A DNA stretch of 63,823 nucleotides, the filler included, from Reticulomyxa filosa (Eukaryota > Protista > Foraminifera), in the NCBI GenBank assembly GCA_000512085.1. It is 26 parts of 26 records of this genome, joined end to end, with 100 filler letters (N's around TTAATTAATTAA, not from the genome) between each part and the next. Parts side by side here need not be neighbours in the genome. Positions count along the whole stretch, not along the records: positions 1 to 3,451 come from ASPP01027089.1; positions 3,552 to 4,785 come from ASPP01035971.1; positions 4,886 to 7,348 come from ASPP01034508.1; positions 7,449 to 9,317 come from ASPP01018571.1; positions 9,418 to 10,655 come from ASPP01006878.1; positions 10,756 to 11,957 come from ASPP01034503.1; 20 more parts are not named here. One strand, given 5' to 3'. Made by a program: the position numbers and the translations under genes. This document shows, one piece after another, positions 1 to 10,785 of this stretch; position 1 is the stretch's first letter; each line of letters begins with the position of its first letter. Under the pieces are notes generated by a model. It did no database searches, was not told the DNA's origin, and saw only the letters and a program-made list of their open reading frames with translations.

Positions 1-107
1 AAAAAAAAAAGAAGAAATCAAACACTTGGACTTGCTATTAACGAGAGCCATATACATATATATATAATTTTTTTTTTTGTCAAAAAAAAAAAAAAAAAAA
101 AAAAAAA

Positions 108-2092
108 GGGTGGTGTGTCTTGTATGTGTACATAAGTATTGCGAGGGTGTGTATGTGTATGGTGGGGTAATACATAGATGTTACGGAAGCGTAATAAATG
201 TGAACGAGAGCACAACGAAGCAGACAGTAGAATGTCATTCCACGCGGTCTTGCCGCAACACCACAGTGTTGATCGACTCCGGCGAAGCGCACATTATTTG
301 TCATTCGGACAGTTCGTGTCAATATATGAAAGTCCTTGTTAGAAATTCTAACGGTTATAAATTTGTTTATTTTTGTTTGTTTGTTTGTTTGTTTAAAGAG
401 AAAAGTGCAAAAAGGGGAAAACAAAAAACCTTTTTTTTTTTTTTTTTTAAAGGTTATGTGAAATGGGATTGTAAGACTCGCAACAGCTGTGTCGAAACGA
501 TAAATGACTGCAGTGGAACTTGCATTTGGAAGCGTGAGATTGGATGTTGCGAGAAGGCTCGATTGTATTGTCGCGATGACGGTAATTGTGAGACAGAAAT
601 AGTGACGAGTGCAAGTCAAAAAAGAGGAGGCGTACCAACCCATCACCCACACACTACCAAAATTCCAACAACGAAAAGCCCAATAAAAAGTTCAGTATCT
701 ACGTCCTCTACGTTAGTACCATCGAGTACACCCACTGGGTATCCCTCCAACCTTCCGACCAGAGTACCCACCAATTTTCCGACCAACCTTCCAACTACCA
801 AGTCCCCGACCTCGTTATCTCCGACTACTAAGTCGCCTACCAAACATCCCACCAAAATTCCTACCAAAAATTCCCACCAAAATTCCTACCAAAATTCCCA
901 CCAAAATTCCTACCAAAATTCCCACCAAAATTCCTATCAAAATTCCTACCAAATATCCCACGCATGCTCCTATCTTGCCATCGCCAACATTGTCGCCAAC
1001 CTTGGCTCCCGTCCATCCCCCCACTCAAGCGCCCACCTCTAATGTCGGGGGTGGCCAATTTGGTCAAAAACACTCCTCGTCTTCAAAATTTGGTATTTAA
1101 AAAAAAAAACCAAAAAAAATAAAAAAAAAGTAACAATTTTTTTTTTTTGTGTTGTATGTTTGCGATATGACATATTCTTTCTGCAATATTTTGCAATATT
1201 GCACATAGCTGATTGGATCATTTATGTGATCAGCGGAGCAGCAGCCGCCATGCTCATCGTCATTGCACTTGGCTATTGGCGATTCAAACGCGCACGAAAC
1301 ACCGAGAAAAACGCAAGTATACACAAAGAGGTCTCTATTCCCATTCAAACTAGCAAAGCTTCTCTCCCTTTGACAAACGTGGTCAAGCCACCTCCAAATC
1401 CTCCACCCAAAGTCACTACCAATGGCATTACTACTACTGCTAATACTGCTACTATTACTACTACTGCTAATACTACAACAACAACTACTACTACTACTAG
1501 ACCCAGTTTTGTTGCCATCAAATGCAAACAATACAATAACATTTACACAAATATATGTGTACGTGTGTATATGATATATTTGAACAATTTTATTTTTTTT
1601 TACAAACACTCAATCTCAATTACCTTGCTGTAAACCCCATCACTTGCACGATGAAAATGTCGGAACATTAGAGCCACCAAAATCCACCTCGCGAAACAAA
1701 TCCAAAGCCACTTCTCCAAAACCTGTCCTTTCTTCCTCGGACATCCAACTTGAAAAAGCAGAGGAAAGCGGCGGATCCGAGGAATCGGATCAAAAAATGG
1801 ACGTTTTGGATGCTCAATTTGAAACTCCGATGGGATTGCCTCAGTTATATTTATAATATATACATATATTGTTTTGTTTTCTTTTTTTTTTTTTTTTTTT
1901 ACAGAGTGTACATGAACAACACTATTTTGTTTGCGCGCGTGGGTGGGGAAATAAAGAGGTCAAGAGATTGATTTAAAGGAATCAGATGATGAAGAGAGCT
2001 CTGGAGCTCGCCAGCCGAAGCAACTCAATGTCACAGATAACAATCCATTGAACAATTCTTATATTCTTCAAAACGAAGCTTTCCAAGAATAA
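108..2092 (+). CDS. Multi-exon type I membrane protein (5' partial): Cys-rich ectodomain, Pro/Thr mucin-like stalk, one TM helix, Thr/Pro-rich tail
   Basis: Cys-rich exons (CHSTRSC, CHSDSSC, CKTRNSC), PTxxPT stalk, TM segment WIIYVISGAAAAMLIVIALGYW followed by RFKR. Poly-T/A introns. Last exon ESDDEE...EAFQE* ends at 2092. Exon boundaries approximate. Confidence 0.65.
848..955 (+). repeat. 12-bp coding tandem repeat CC(C/T)ACCAAAATT (PTKI)n
   Basis: About 9 units are visible. An extra A at about 870 shifts the reading to NSHQ/NSYQ. Confidence 0.9.
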
Positions 2093-2336
2093 AAACGTCT
2101 TTTTTTTTTATAATTTTTTCTTTTTTTTCTGCTGTGTAAGTGCGAAGTTCTTTTGTATAAACAAATAACACATTTTGCAATGGAGGAACTTTTTAAAGAG
2201 ATTCTACTTTTGTACGTATGCTACCAGTATAAACTTATCAAACCAAAAAAAAAAAGAAAAGGTCAAGCCCTTCAACCTCACTTCCTCAAATTGTAATAGC
2301 TCTTGAAACATATTTAAACACTGGTACTTTACAAAC

Positions 2337-3312
2337 GTGACACTAAAAAAAAGTTTGCAACTGAGCTTTCTTTCTCGCCCCCCCCTGATTGAATCAGAAC
2401 AAAGTGGAGAAACGAAAATGTATGCAACCTCTCCTTGTGATGATATAACCTTTAGCGGGTGTGAGATTTGGCTGCAAGAACGAGAGCAGTTTCTGTTGAA
2501 GCATCAGTTTTATTCAAACGTGCACTTCGAGTCTTCTTGCGGGAACTTGCTTCAAGTTCTGGACGCAAAAGAAAGCAAAGGCAAGACAAAAGATGAGAAG
2601 ATGAGAACAGACCTTTCGAAAGCCACGAAGCAAAAGTTTGTGGAATGGATATCGCAATACAAGAAGATTCCCTATTGCAACATAGTCGTGGATGGATTTG
2701 AGTGCGCGCCAATGTTGCGCGAATTGTCATCGGCGATCTTACCGTCGAAAGGTCGACGTTTGAAAAAGCGCACTTTGGAAGACTTTTTCACACATGAAGC
2801 GGAAGATAGAGAAAAAGAAGAAGAAAAGGAAAAAGAAAAAGAAAAAGAATACATGGAAAGGGAAAGGGGAAGTGGGGTCATCGAAAAGAGTCAACATTTT
2901 TTCGAATCCGAAAAATGTTGTCGCTTTGTATATTTTTTGACGCATTTCCATTTCGATCACTACCGGGGACTTTCCAAAGAGTTCAATGCAGGAACCATCT
3001 ACGCGAGTGAGATCACGTGTCGCATCATTGGCGACAAATTTCCCGGAATCGACCCGGCGAATTTATTCGCTCTGAAGCTGCACGTGCGATACCATCTCCC
3101 CAGCGACGTCAGCTACTATGACACTTATGTCACTGCCTTGGATGCTAATCACTGTCCCGGTGCCATTATGCTCCTCTTCGAAATCTATCTGCCCAATCAC
3201 TCCGTCCGACGCTATCTGCACACTGGCGACTTTCGATTTGAGCACCTTCACAAACCGAGTCTCAGAAAAGATAAAAACATTTTACTCCAGTATAGAGACA
3301 AGATTGATCGAT
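2337..3312 (+). CDS. SNM1/PSO2-like DNA cross-link repair nuclease (metallo-beta-lactamase/beta-CASP family), 3' partial
   Basis: Motifs KKIP..VVDGF, YFLTHFHFDHYRGL, IYASEIT, LDANHCPGA and LHTGDFR in the expected order. Start codon uncertain. Confidence 0.92.
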
Positions 3313-3451
3313 GGTTATTATATAACTGTTTTTTTTTGTCGATTATACGTATACACTCTTTTTTTTGTGTGTGGTGTGTATACTTAACATCACACACACA
3401 CACATACATACGTATCCGCATGTTTTATAGTTGCATGCTACATTGTGTGCA

Positions 3452-3551
3452 NNNNNNNNNNNNNNNNNNNNNNNNNNNNNNNNNNNNNNNNNNNNTTAAT
3501 TAATTAANNNNNNNNNNNNNNNNNNNNNNNNNNNNNNNNNNNNNNNNNNNN
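3452..3551. other. Artificial contig linker (N44-TTAATTAATTAA-N44), first of 25 identical copies
   Basis: Identical 100-nt spacer with stops in all six frames. Other copies start at 4786, 7349, 9318, 10656, 11958, 14204, 16020, 19500, 20944, 22202, 25096, 30932, 33669, 35159, 36260, 38089, 42721, 47574, 50034, 52042, 53315, 55146, 57022 and 60443. Confidence 0.99.
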
Positions 3552-4785
3552 AGAGATGATTGTGTTTCTCCATGAAAAAACAACATTTAATCAATATCTA
3601 CGAATCGTGTAGTTTTTAAATATCATTTTGATTTAGTTTTTTATTAAGTATTTAAAATTTTTCCAAAAATTTATTCTTTCATTTACTTTAAAAAATTTTT
3701 TGTGGTTGCATGAGTATGATAATATTGTTTTATAAAATTTAATTCAAGTTTACCAACGTATTAAATCTCATTTGGCTTTTTTAACTGACTGTATTCTCTT
3801 TGGCATCGACTTTATTAAGGTTTCACAAATGTTTGTTTTTATTTTTTCACATTCTATTTCGAATTGGTTCCAAAGTTCTTTCGTAGTATTAAATGGTCCT
3901 TTTTTGTGAATCATTGTCTTTACTATCTTACAAAGATTTTCAATTGGATTTAAATCAGGTGAATTTGGAGGAAAATTCATTGGTTTAATTTTTTTTTAAC
4001 AATTTCATAATTTTTTCCGATTTATGGTATGTTGAATTATCTTGCTGGAAAATACAATCTTTTTTATTTTCTAAGAAGCAATTCCCGCTCTTTAGCATTT
4101 CGTCAGATAAAATTTCTTTATATATAAGTATTTACTCCACCTTCCACCTTGCAAGCGTAACATGCTCCAAAACATGACTAGACTAAAATGCTTCCACCAC
4201 CAAATTTTGCTATTCTTGTTATGAAATTTTCGTCTAATGGTTGTCTTGGTCTTTTCCATAAATATCTTATAAAATCACTTATATTTAAATTAATCCTGCT
4301 TTATCTGAAAATAAAACCTTTTTACAGTCAAACGTCCAACTTTCGTGATCTAACGTAAATTCATATATTGCTTTTTTGTGTTTCATTGCCACAAATGGTT
4401 TTTTCTTTTTTGTAATAGAACTTAGCCCCTTTGCTTTAACATATTTGTAATTGTCGAACGCAAAACAGTAGTAAAATTTCTTCTTTACATTTCTATTATA
4501 AAATATCTTGCTGTAAATGCTTACCAGTTATAATCCATCTGACAATAATACGATGCAATCTTAAAGATATCTTTTGCGGACGTCCAGTGCGTTGTTTTTT
4601 CAAAATTCTACTATCTTTTTTAAAAGTTAAAAACCATTTCCTGACACACTAATGGCTAACTTTAAATTCTTTGGCCACTTTACGATAGCTTGGCCCATTT
4701 CGTATCATTTCGACAGCACGACCTTTCACAAAACCATCTATATGTTTTCACATTCTAACAAAAATAGCAAAATGTCGATCAATAT
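3552..4785 (-). mobile_element. Degenerate Tc1/mariner-family DNA transposon (transposase pseudogene about 4753-3768 plus subterminal repeat)
   Basis: Broken frames give HTH GPSYRKVAKEFKVSH, GRPQKIS, IFQQDN and FPPNSPDLNPIENL. Bases 3555-3635 resemble the terminal repeat at 33490-33640. Confidence 0.9.
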
Positions 4786-4885
4786 NNNNNNNNNNNNNNN
4801 NNNNNNNNNNNNNNNNNNNNNNNNNNNNNTTAATTAATTAANNNNNNNNNNNNNNNNNNNNNNNNNNNNNNNNNNNNNNNNNNNN

Positions 4886-5164
4886 ATTGCTGCTTTTAGC
4901 AAAAATGCTGTCATGATTGCCAACAACACGGCCATCTCTCGCTTGTTCTTCGAACGCATTTCCAGAAAATTTGATCTCATGATGACCCAGTATGCATATG
5001 TTCATTGGTATCGTGGAGAAGGAATGAGTGGGAGGGATATCCCTGAGGCCCGTGAGGACGTGGGATTTTTAGAAAAAGACTATCTTGATGTTTTGTGCGA
5101 TGGGCTAACAGATGATCCTGATGATGATTATACCAATGATGATGATGATGATAACTATTATTAA
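4886..5164 (+). CDS. Divergent alpha-tubulin (foraminiferan alpha2 type), C-terminal fragment
   Basis: KNAVMIANNTAISR..ERIS.KFDLM..AYVHWY.GEGM..EAREDVGFLEKDYLDV, acidic tail and terminal Tyr. Confidence 0.9.
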   Translation: MAAFSKNAVMIANNTAISRLFFERISRKFDLMMTQYAYVHWYRGEGMSGRDIPEAREDVGFLEKDYLDVLCDGLTDDPDDDYTNDDDDDNYY

Positions 5165-6429
5165 CTTTGCTACATGGCATATCAAATATCATTCTTTTTT
5201 TTTTTTTTTTTTTTCCATACACCAAAAAAAAAAAATCGACAAGTTTAATTTTATCAAAATAAAACAATATGTCGATTTTGAGCGGGTTTAGTGATATTTT
5301 TTTGTTTTTGTTTTTTTTTTTTTTTTTTAGTATTGACTACATTTTTTGCATTTGAAAACGCAAGTCATATTATTTCCATTTTCTCTTATGTTTACAACGT
5401 CTCTTCATTTTCTAAGGTCTTTATTTTGGAAAAGTAATACATCTTGCAGTTTTTTATGTACAGAAAAAAATCTTAAACGACATAGTTGGTATTGAAAAAA
5501 ATCCTTTTAAATTTATCACACGTTCTGCATGATTCAAAAATTTCTCTACAGTGTAGTTCAATTTTTTTAAAAAAAATCACCACGAACAAAAAAAAAAAGG
5601 TGTTACCCCTTTTTGATTATAGAAAAGAGATCATACACTCTTCTCCATGCTCAAGCATTTTGTGCGTTTCAAAAAAAATGTTAAAAAAAAAAAGGAAAAC
5701 ACTATCGAATTATCCTAATTCCAATGACAGATTTTCATATGTTGAAGTTCGCATTGATAGTGCATGGAATTCCAATCAATTTGGAGCAGCATATTGTTAT
5801 GGCCATCATTGGAGAGGCTGGAAGCTTTACGAAAAAAACGGACCGATGTGTCCCAAATCAGAAGTACAATTGGGCCACAAAAAAGCCTCCGCAAATGTGA
5901 AAAATGTGGTGTAGATAAGACAAATTGCGACACGAGCAAAACAAATACATGGGAATCCATGCTTCTTATACACAGACATCATCATCAACCGTTTCATCTG
6001 TTTATGTCGAACATTTGCAACGGCTGTGTTGAATAGTTTGCCATTCCAACCTTTTAAATTAAAAGATTTTTTTAAAAAGTTGTGTTTAACCTGACTAAAA
6101 TGGATGATTACATTCCAACAAAAGCATTTTGATTTTAGAAAAAGAAAGAATGATAATTGATTATCAACAATACACAATAATATGAAGTCTGTGTGAAACA
6201 AATTCATATGATAAAATAATTTTTTTTTTGAACGGTTGAATTTTAAAAAGGTCGCATCTATCACCAATATAACTTATTTCATAGAAAACAAGTAGTTCTG
6301 CAAAAAGGAAAATATTTACTAGTTTTTTGTCTTTTCAATAATATCTTTTGAGCATACTCAAATTAGCAAAAAGAAATAAAAACCATATTTAAAGTTAACA
6401 AATATTTTAATTGCTTTTTCATTAAAAAA

Positions 6430-7348
6430 TTAATTCATTTTACTAAATTTTATAATAATTTTATCAAAATCATCGATCCATCCAAAGTTTATTTCTGAAG
6501 TTCGAATCCAATATTCAATAATATATTTTATTTCTTGCTTTGTCTGTCCATTTTTATTATTAATCAATCAGTTTCACACAATAAAATTTATTTTTGCTTC
6601 ATCAAAATAAGTAAATAATTACCAGCTGTGAAACATCCCATAAACGCATTTTAGTCATCATGTGAGTTGATACTGATACATGTTTATCATCTTTCCCTCC
6701 AATGATGTAAATATCATTGTTTTCCTCATTCAATGTTGCAGCACAATAATACAATGAATTGGGTAAAGCGTTTTTAAATGTCATCCATTTGTTTTCTCGA
6801 ATTGAGTACTTGTACACTGATTTTGAAATACCACTACCATATCCACCAAAGAATAAGATTACATCATTGATACAAACATATGCATATGCATAGAATAATG
6901 CAATATCCTTAGAAACAGGTACTTTATGAAACTGAAAAGTGTTGTTATCTTCATCATATTCAATTGATAATCCTGCCTTTCTACAAAATAACATCATTTG
7001 ATAATTTTGCTTATTAGTTTTCATCATTTCTTGCCCTTGTCCATTTTCTGACTTTGATACAAAGCAATGATAAAATATTGCTCTATCAATTGGCAAAGTA
7101 TCATGTTTAATAAATTGAAATGTATTTAAATTAAACACATTAATATCATTTGATCGATGAGTGATAAATAACAAATGATTATTACTTCCACCAATCACTG
7201 CACGCACTCCTTGATAATTATAATTTTGATCTCTTCCAATGATAATTGGATTATTGTGATCGTCTGTGAAAGGGATCCATTGATTGTAATTGCTTAATTC
7301 ATTGGATTTGTTTGATATATCACTCCAAACACTTACATATTTCATCAC
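6430..7348 (-). CDS. Kelch-like beta-propeller protein with C-terminal WIR/GWIDDF module (5' partial; exons 7348-6623 and 6543-6430)
   Basis: Kelch hallmarks ILFFGG, VYKYSIRENKW, IYIIGG. GT-AG intron 6622-6544. Last exon TKQEIKYIIEYWIRTSEINFGWIDDFDKIIIKFSKMN*. Confidence 0.8.
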
Positions 7349-7448
7349 NNNNNNNNNNNNNNNNNNNNNNNNNNNNNNNNNNNNNNNNNNNNTTAATTAA
7401 TTAANNNNNNNNNNNNNNNNNNNNNNNNNNNNNNNNNNNNNNNNNNNN

Positions 7449-7510
7449 CGGATCCGGAAGTAAGCGAGTCGTACGACATTCCGGCGTTCCTGCGTAAACA
7501 GGCAGATTGA
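7449..7510 (+). CDS. ftsZ: Cell division protein FtsZ, C-terminal end (bacterial contig)
   Basis: DPEVSESYDIPAFLRKQAD*, the conserved FtsZ C-terminal peptide, directly upstream of lpxC as in the dcw cluster. Confidence 0.93.
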
Positions 7511-7604
7511 TAGCGGAGGGCAATTGACTGCGGTTGCTTAATCAATCGGCTGCATGGTGAGCCTATGCTAAACTGTGCACAGTCAATTTGTCCGGAAGCG
7601 CATC

Positions 7605-8520
7605 ATGATCTTGCAACGCACGCTGAAACAGGCCATCAGCGCCACCGGTGTCGGTTTGCATTCAGGTGAGCGGGTCAAGCTGACCCTGCACCCGGCTGCA
7701 CCGGATACCGGCATTGTGTTCCGCCGCACCGACCTGCCCGCGCAGGACGAGGTGGCGGTACGGCCTGCGCTCGTGAACGACACGCGCCTCTCCTCGACAC
7801 TGGTCACCGAGACCGGTGTGCGTGTCGGCACGATCGAACACCTGATGTCCGCTTTTGCAGGGCTGGGCATCGATAACGTGATTGTGGATGTGACCGGTGC
7901 CGAAATGCCCATCATGGATGGCTCGTCGGCACCGTTCATCTTCCTGCTGCAGACGGCGGGCATCGAGGAACAGACCGCTGCCAAGAAATTCATCCGGGTC
8001 AAGCAGCCGGTGGAAGTGATCGAAGGCGACAAGTGGGTACGGCTGGACCCGCACGAAGGCTTTAGCGTGCAGCTGTCGATCGAATTCAACCACCCGGCGT
8101 TCAACCGTGCCCCGCAGACGGTGAGTGTCGACTTTGCCCGTCATTCCTATATCGAGGAAATCAGCCGGGCGCGTACTTTCGGCTTCATGCACGAAGTGGA
8201 GTACATGCGCAGCCACGGCCTGGGCCGCGGCGGTAACCTCAACAACGCCATCGTGATCGACGACGAGTACGTACTGAACCCGGAGGGTCTGCGTTTTCCG
8301 GACGAGTTCGTGCGGCACAAGATTCTGGATGCCATTGGCGATCTGTACATCTGGGCCACCCGCTGATCGCCGCGTTCAGCGGTCATAAAGTCCGGCCACG
8401 CGATGAACAACAAGCAGTTGCGGGTGATGCTGGACAACCCTGACAGCTGGGAATTTGTCACCTTCGATAACCCCCGAGGATGCACCCAGCAGTTTTCATC
8501 GCTTACCCGAGCTGGCCTGA
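7605..8520 (+). CDS. lpxC: UDP-3-O-acyl-N-acetylglucosamine deacetylase, with three probable sequencing indels near the 3' end
   Basis: [46 protein letters not shown]. Indels at about 8351, 8388 and 8473. Corrected end is ...[17 protein letters not shown]. Confidence 0.97.
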
Positions 8521-8531
8521 CGCGAATCATG

Positions 8532-8558
8532 AAAAAAACCGTGCGGATGCACGGTTTT
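8532..8558. terminator. Intrinsic terminator-like hairpin, copy 1 (AAAACCGTGC-GGAT-GCACGGTTTT)
   Basis: Perfect 10-bp stem just after the lpxC stop, with A7 on the left (U-tract for the minus strand). Confidence 0.75.
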
Positions 8559-8700
8559 GAGATTGCAGATAAACCCTATTTGCTATGCAAACAGGGTTTG
8601 TTTTGTCAAACAGGAAGGCTGCGGATTCAAGTACTGCTGTGGTGTGGCTCGACTTTACCGGGGCCGGCCAGATATTGGTCGGTACGTTGTCAGCAGCCTT

Positions 8701-8727
8701 AAAACCGTGCGGATGCACGGTTTTTTT
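8701..8727. terminator. Intrinsic terminator-like hairpin, copy 2 (identical 24-mer)
   Basis: Same 24-mer ending in T7, about 10 nt from the stop of the convergent CNP1-like gene. Confidence 0.8.
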
Positions 8728-8736
8728 ATCATCCGC

Positions 8737-9281
8737 TTACTTGCGGATCGGCTCTATTTTGGGCGGCGGGGCGGCGCGGCTGGCCTTGGCCAAATTGGCT
8801 TGCAGCTCTTCGGCAGTCAATGGCGGCGTATTATCGGGGCACAGTGCCTGTACCACGGTTTTCATGGCCAGATGGTTGCGGTCCAGCTTGCGCCACTCGG
8901 TACGCTTGGACTCGATCCAGCGCTTGTTGACACTGTCGCCATAGGCATAGCTGCGCTGGGTACGCTCGGCGCAATGCACACCTTCATGGCTGATGTTTTC
9001 GATACCGCTGCTGCTGAGTTGCAGCAGACTGAAGCGCACGGTGCGGTCATCGGCCAGGCGCAAGGTCTGGCGGTTCGATGAAGAGTTTGACCTTTTATGG
9101 TCACTGGCTTGTCCAGCTCTACCCAGTCCCACGCACCAAAGGCCGGAAGTGCCAGCTCTTGTTCTTTCCATGGCCCTTCATCGATGTAGTTGTGCTTGCG
9201 CTCTCGGCCTTTACCAGAGAGATCGGCATGCGCCAGGTTGGCCGCACACAGCAGCCCCAGAAGTATGAAACGGGTTTTCAC
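8737..9281 (-). CDS. CNP1-like exported protein (betaproteobacterial), frameshifted near 9075-9095
   Basis: Signal peptide MKTRFILLGLLCAANLAHA, WKEQELALP, DRTVRF...SSSGIENISHEGVHC..RSYAYG..W...W, matching the CNP1 family pattern. Confidence 0.8.
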
Positions 9282-9417
9282 GATGGATTCCTGAGTTGTC
9301 CAATACGGAGCAGATGANNNNNNNNNNNNNNNNNNNNNNNNNNNNNNNNNNNNNNNNNNNNTTAATTAATTAANNNNNNNNNNNNNNNNNNNNNNNNNNN
9401 NNNNNNNNNNNNNNNNN

Positions 9418-9460
9418 ATGTTATGTTATGTTATGTTATGTTATGTTATGTTATGTTATG
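9418..9460. repeat. (ATGTT)n microsatellite at a contig end
   Basis: About 8.5 perfect units. Confidence 0.95.
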
Positions 9461-9469
9461 TGTAATGTA

Positions 9470-10045
9470 TGTGCATGTGCGGTCAAAACAATTTGCTCTG
9501 GGGTCAAATACAGCTGACACAAGCGTTCATATTCGTTCCGACTATTTTCAAACATGCGCTTTAATCCGTCTCGGTCTATTATCGGTAAGTCACACAGTAG
9601 TGTGCTGTCGTCGTCGTTGCTCTCATTGTCCTTTTTGCTCTCGCTTGTCACTGATTCTGTTGCTGTCAATCCATTGCATTGCTCACTTATTGTCGTTGCT
9701 GTTGTCCCATTTGATGGAGCTAATACAATGTTCTCGTTGTCCATGTCACTGTCACTCTTTGAAATGTCATCTTTATTCTCCTCCTCCTCTTCTTCTTCTT
9801 CTTCTTCTTTTTCTTCTTTTTCTTCTTTCTGTCTCTCTTTTCATTTCATTCGGCTTCTCGCTTTTGCTCAGTCCGTTTGCCAACACTTCCGTTTGCAACA
9901 TCTTCTTCTCACTTAGCAAGTATCGCCAGGACACATTACGATACTTGAAAAATTCCAACCATGACTGCTCACTCTCAAGAGTCGGCAATGCTGAAGTAGC
10001 AAAGCTCTTGCTCAGACATGGAGACTCTGCAGAGGCTTCTTCCAT
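9470..10045 (-). CDS. Probable Rab-GAP TBC-domain protein, N-terminal part, frameshift near a Glu-rich run
   Basis: YRNVSWRYLL and SRNEYERLCQLY resemble the RxxxWxxLL and RxxYxxL motifs that open TBC domains. Catalytic motifs are not in the contig. Confidence 0.5.
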
Positions 10046-10467
10046 TTTCCGTCAGAGGAACGGAAGAATTGAACATTTTTGCACCCCCCTTTTCCTTCTC
10101 ACATTTCATCAGAAAAACACTAATCAATTGTGCGTTACATATTTCTATTCAAGCACTTCCAAAGTGTCAGGAGAAACAAAGTCCCAAAATGAAATGGATA
10201 AATTATTGCGTATTTTTGCTGTTCGTCATATTCGGAATAGTTTCACCACACAAAAAGAAATAATCGCAGTGTCCTGCAGGCATAAAAAAAAAAAAAAAAA
10301 AATAGTCAAACAATGTTTGAATAAATATAAAAACGAAAATAAGCAACAATTTTCAGAGTCCAGTTTTTTTTTTGTTTTTTTGTTTTTTTGTTTTTTGTTT
10401 TTAAAGTTGATTGTTGATTTGGCTTTTTGTTTGAGTCTGCTGTTAACTTTGTGTTGTTAGAAAAGTA

Positions 10468-10655
10468 ATGACGACAAAGAATTTGAAAGATACGGAGGAC
10501 GAAAGTGATGCATTTGTGTTGGTGGACGAGTTGAACGACGAAGAAGAGTCGTTAAAAATGGAGACGATATCAAATGGGGCAATTGAAGCTCTGCAAGACA
10601 ACGGCAATGGCAATGGCCCAGCATTGAGCGCAGTGCACGATCACATGAGAGACAG
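10468..10655 (+). CDS. 5' end of an acidic hypothetical protein
   Basis: ATG-initiated frame open to the contig end, with coding-like composition. Confidence 0.55.
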
Positions 10656-10785
10656 NNNNNNNNNNNNNNNNNNNNNNNNNNNNNNNNNNNNNNNNNNNNT
10701 TAATTAATTAANNNNNNNNNNNNNNNNNNNNNNNNNNNNNNNNNNNNNNNNNNNNTATACATACATACCAAAGCAAACAATCCCA

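Noticed and set aside
868-1042. Novel NSHQ/NSYQ repeat protein or programmed frameshift
   Set aside because: One extra A in a homopolymer. Removing it restores PTKI repeats continuous with the flanking Pro/Thr stalk.
8345-8520. lpxC pseudogenisation or horizontal transfer to the host
   Set aside because: The indels are single-base and mostly in homopolymers, the protein is otherwise conserved, and no host flank is attached. Low-coverage error is the simpler explanation.
8535-8724. Mini-CRISPR array or Neisseriaceae DNA uptake sequences
   Set aside because: Only two repeats with a 142-nt spacer and no cas genes. AAGGCTGC/GCAGCCTT does not match a full uptake-sequence dialect.
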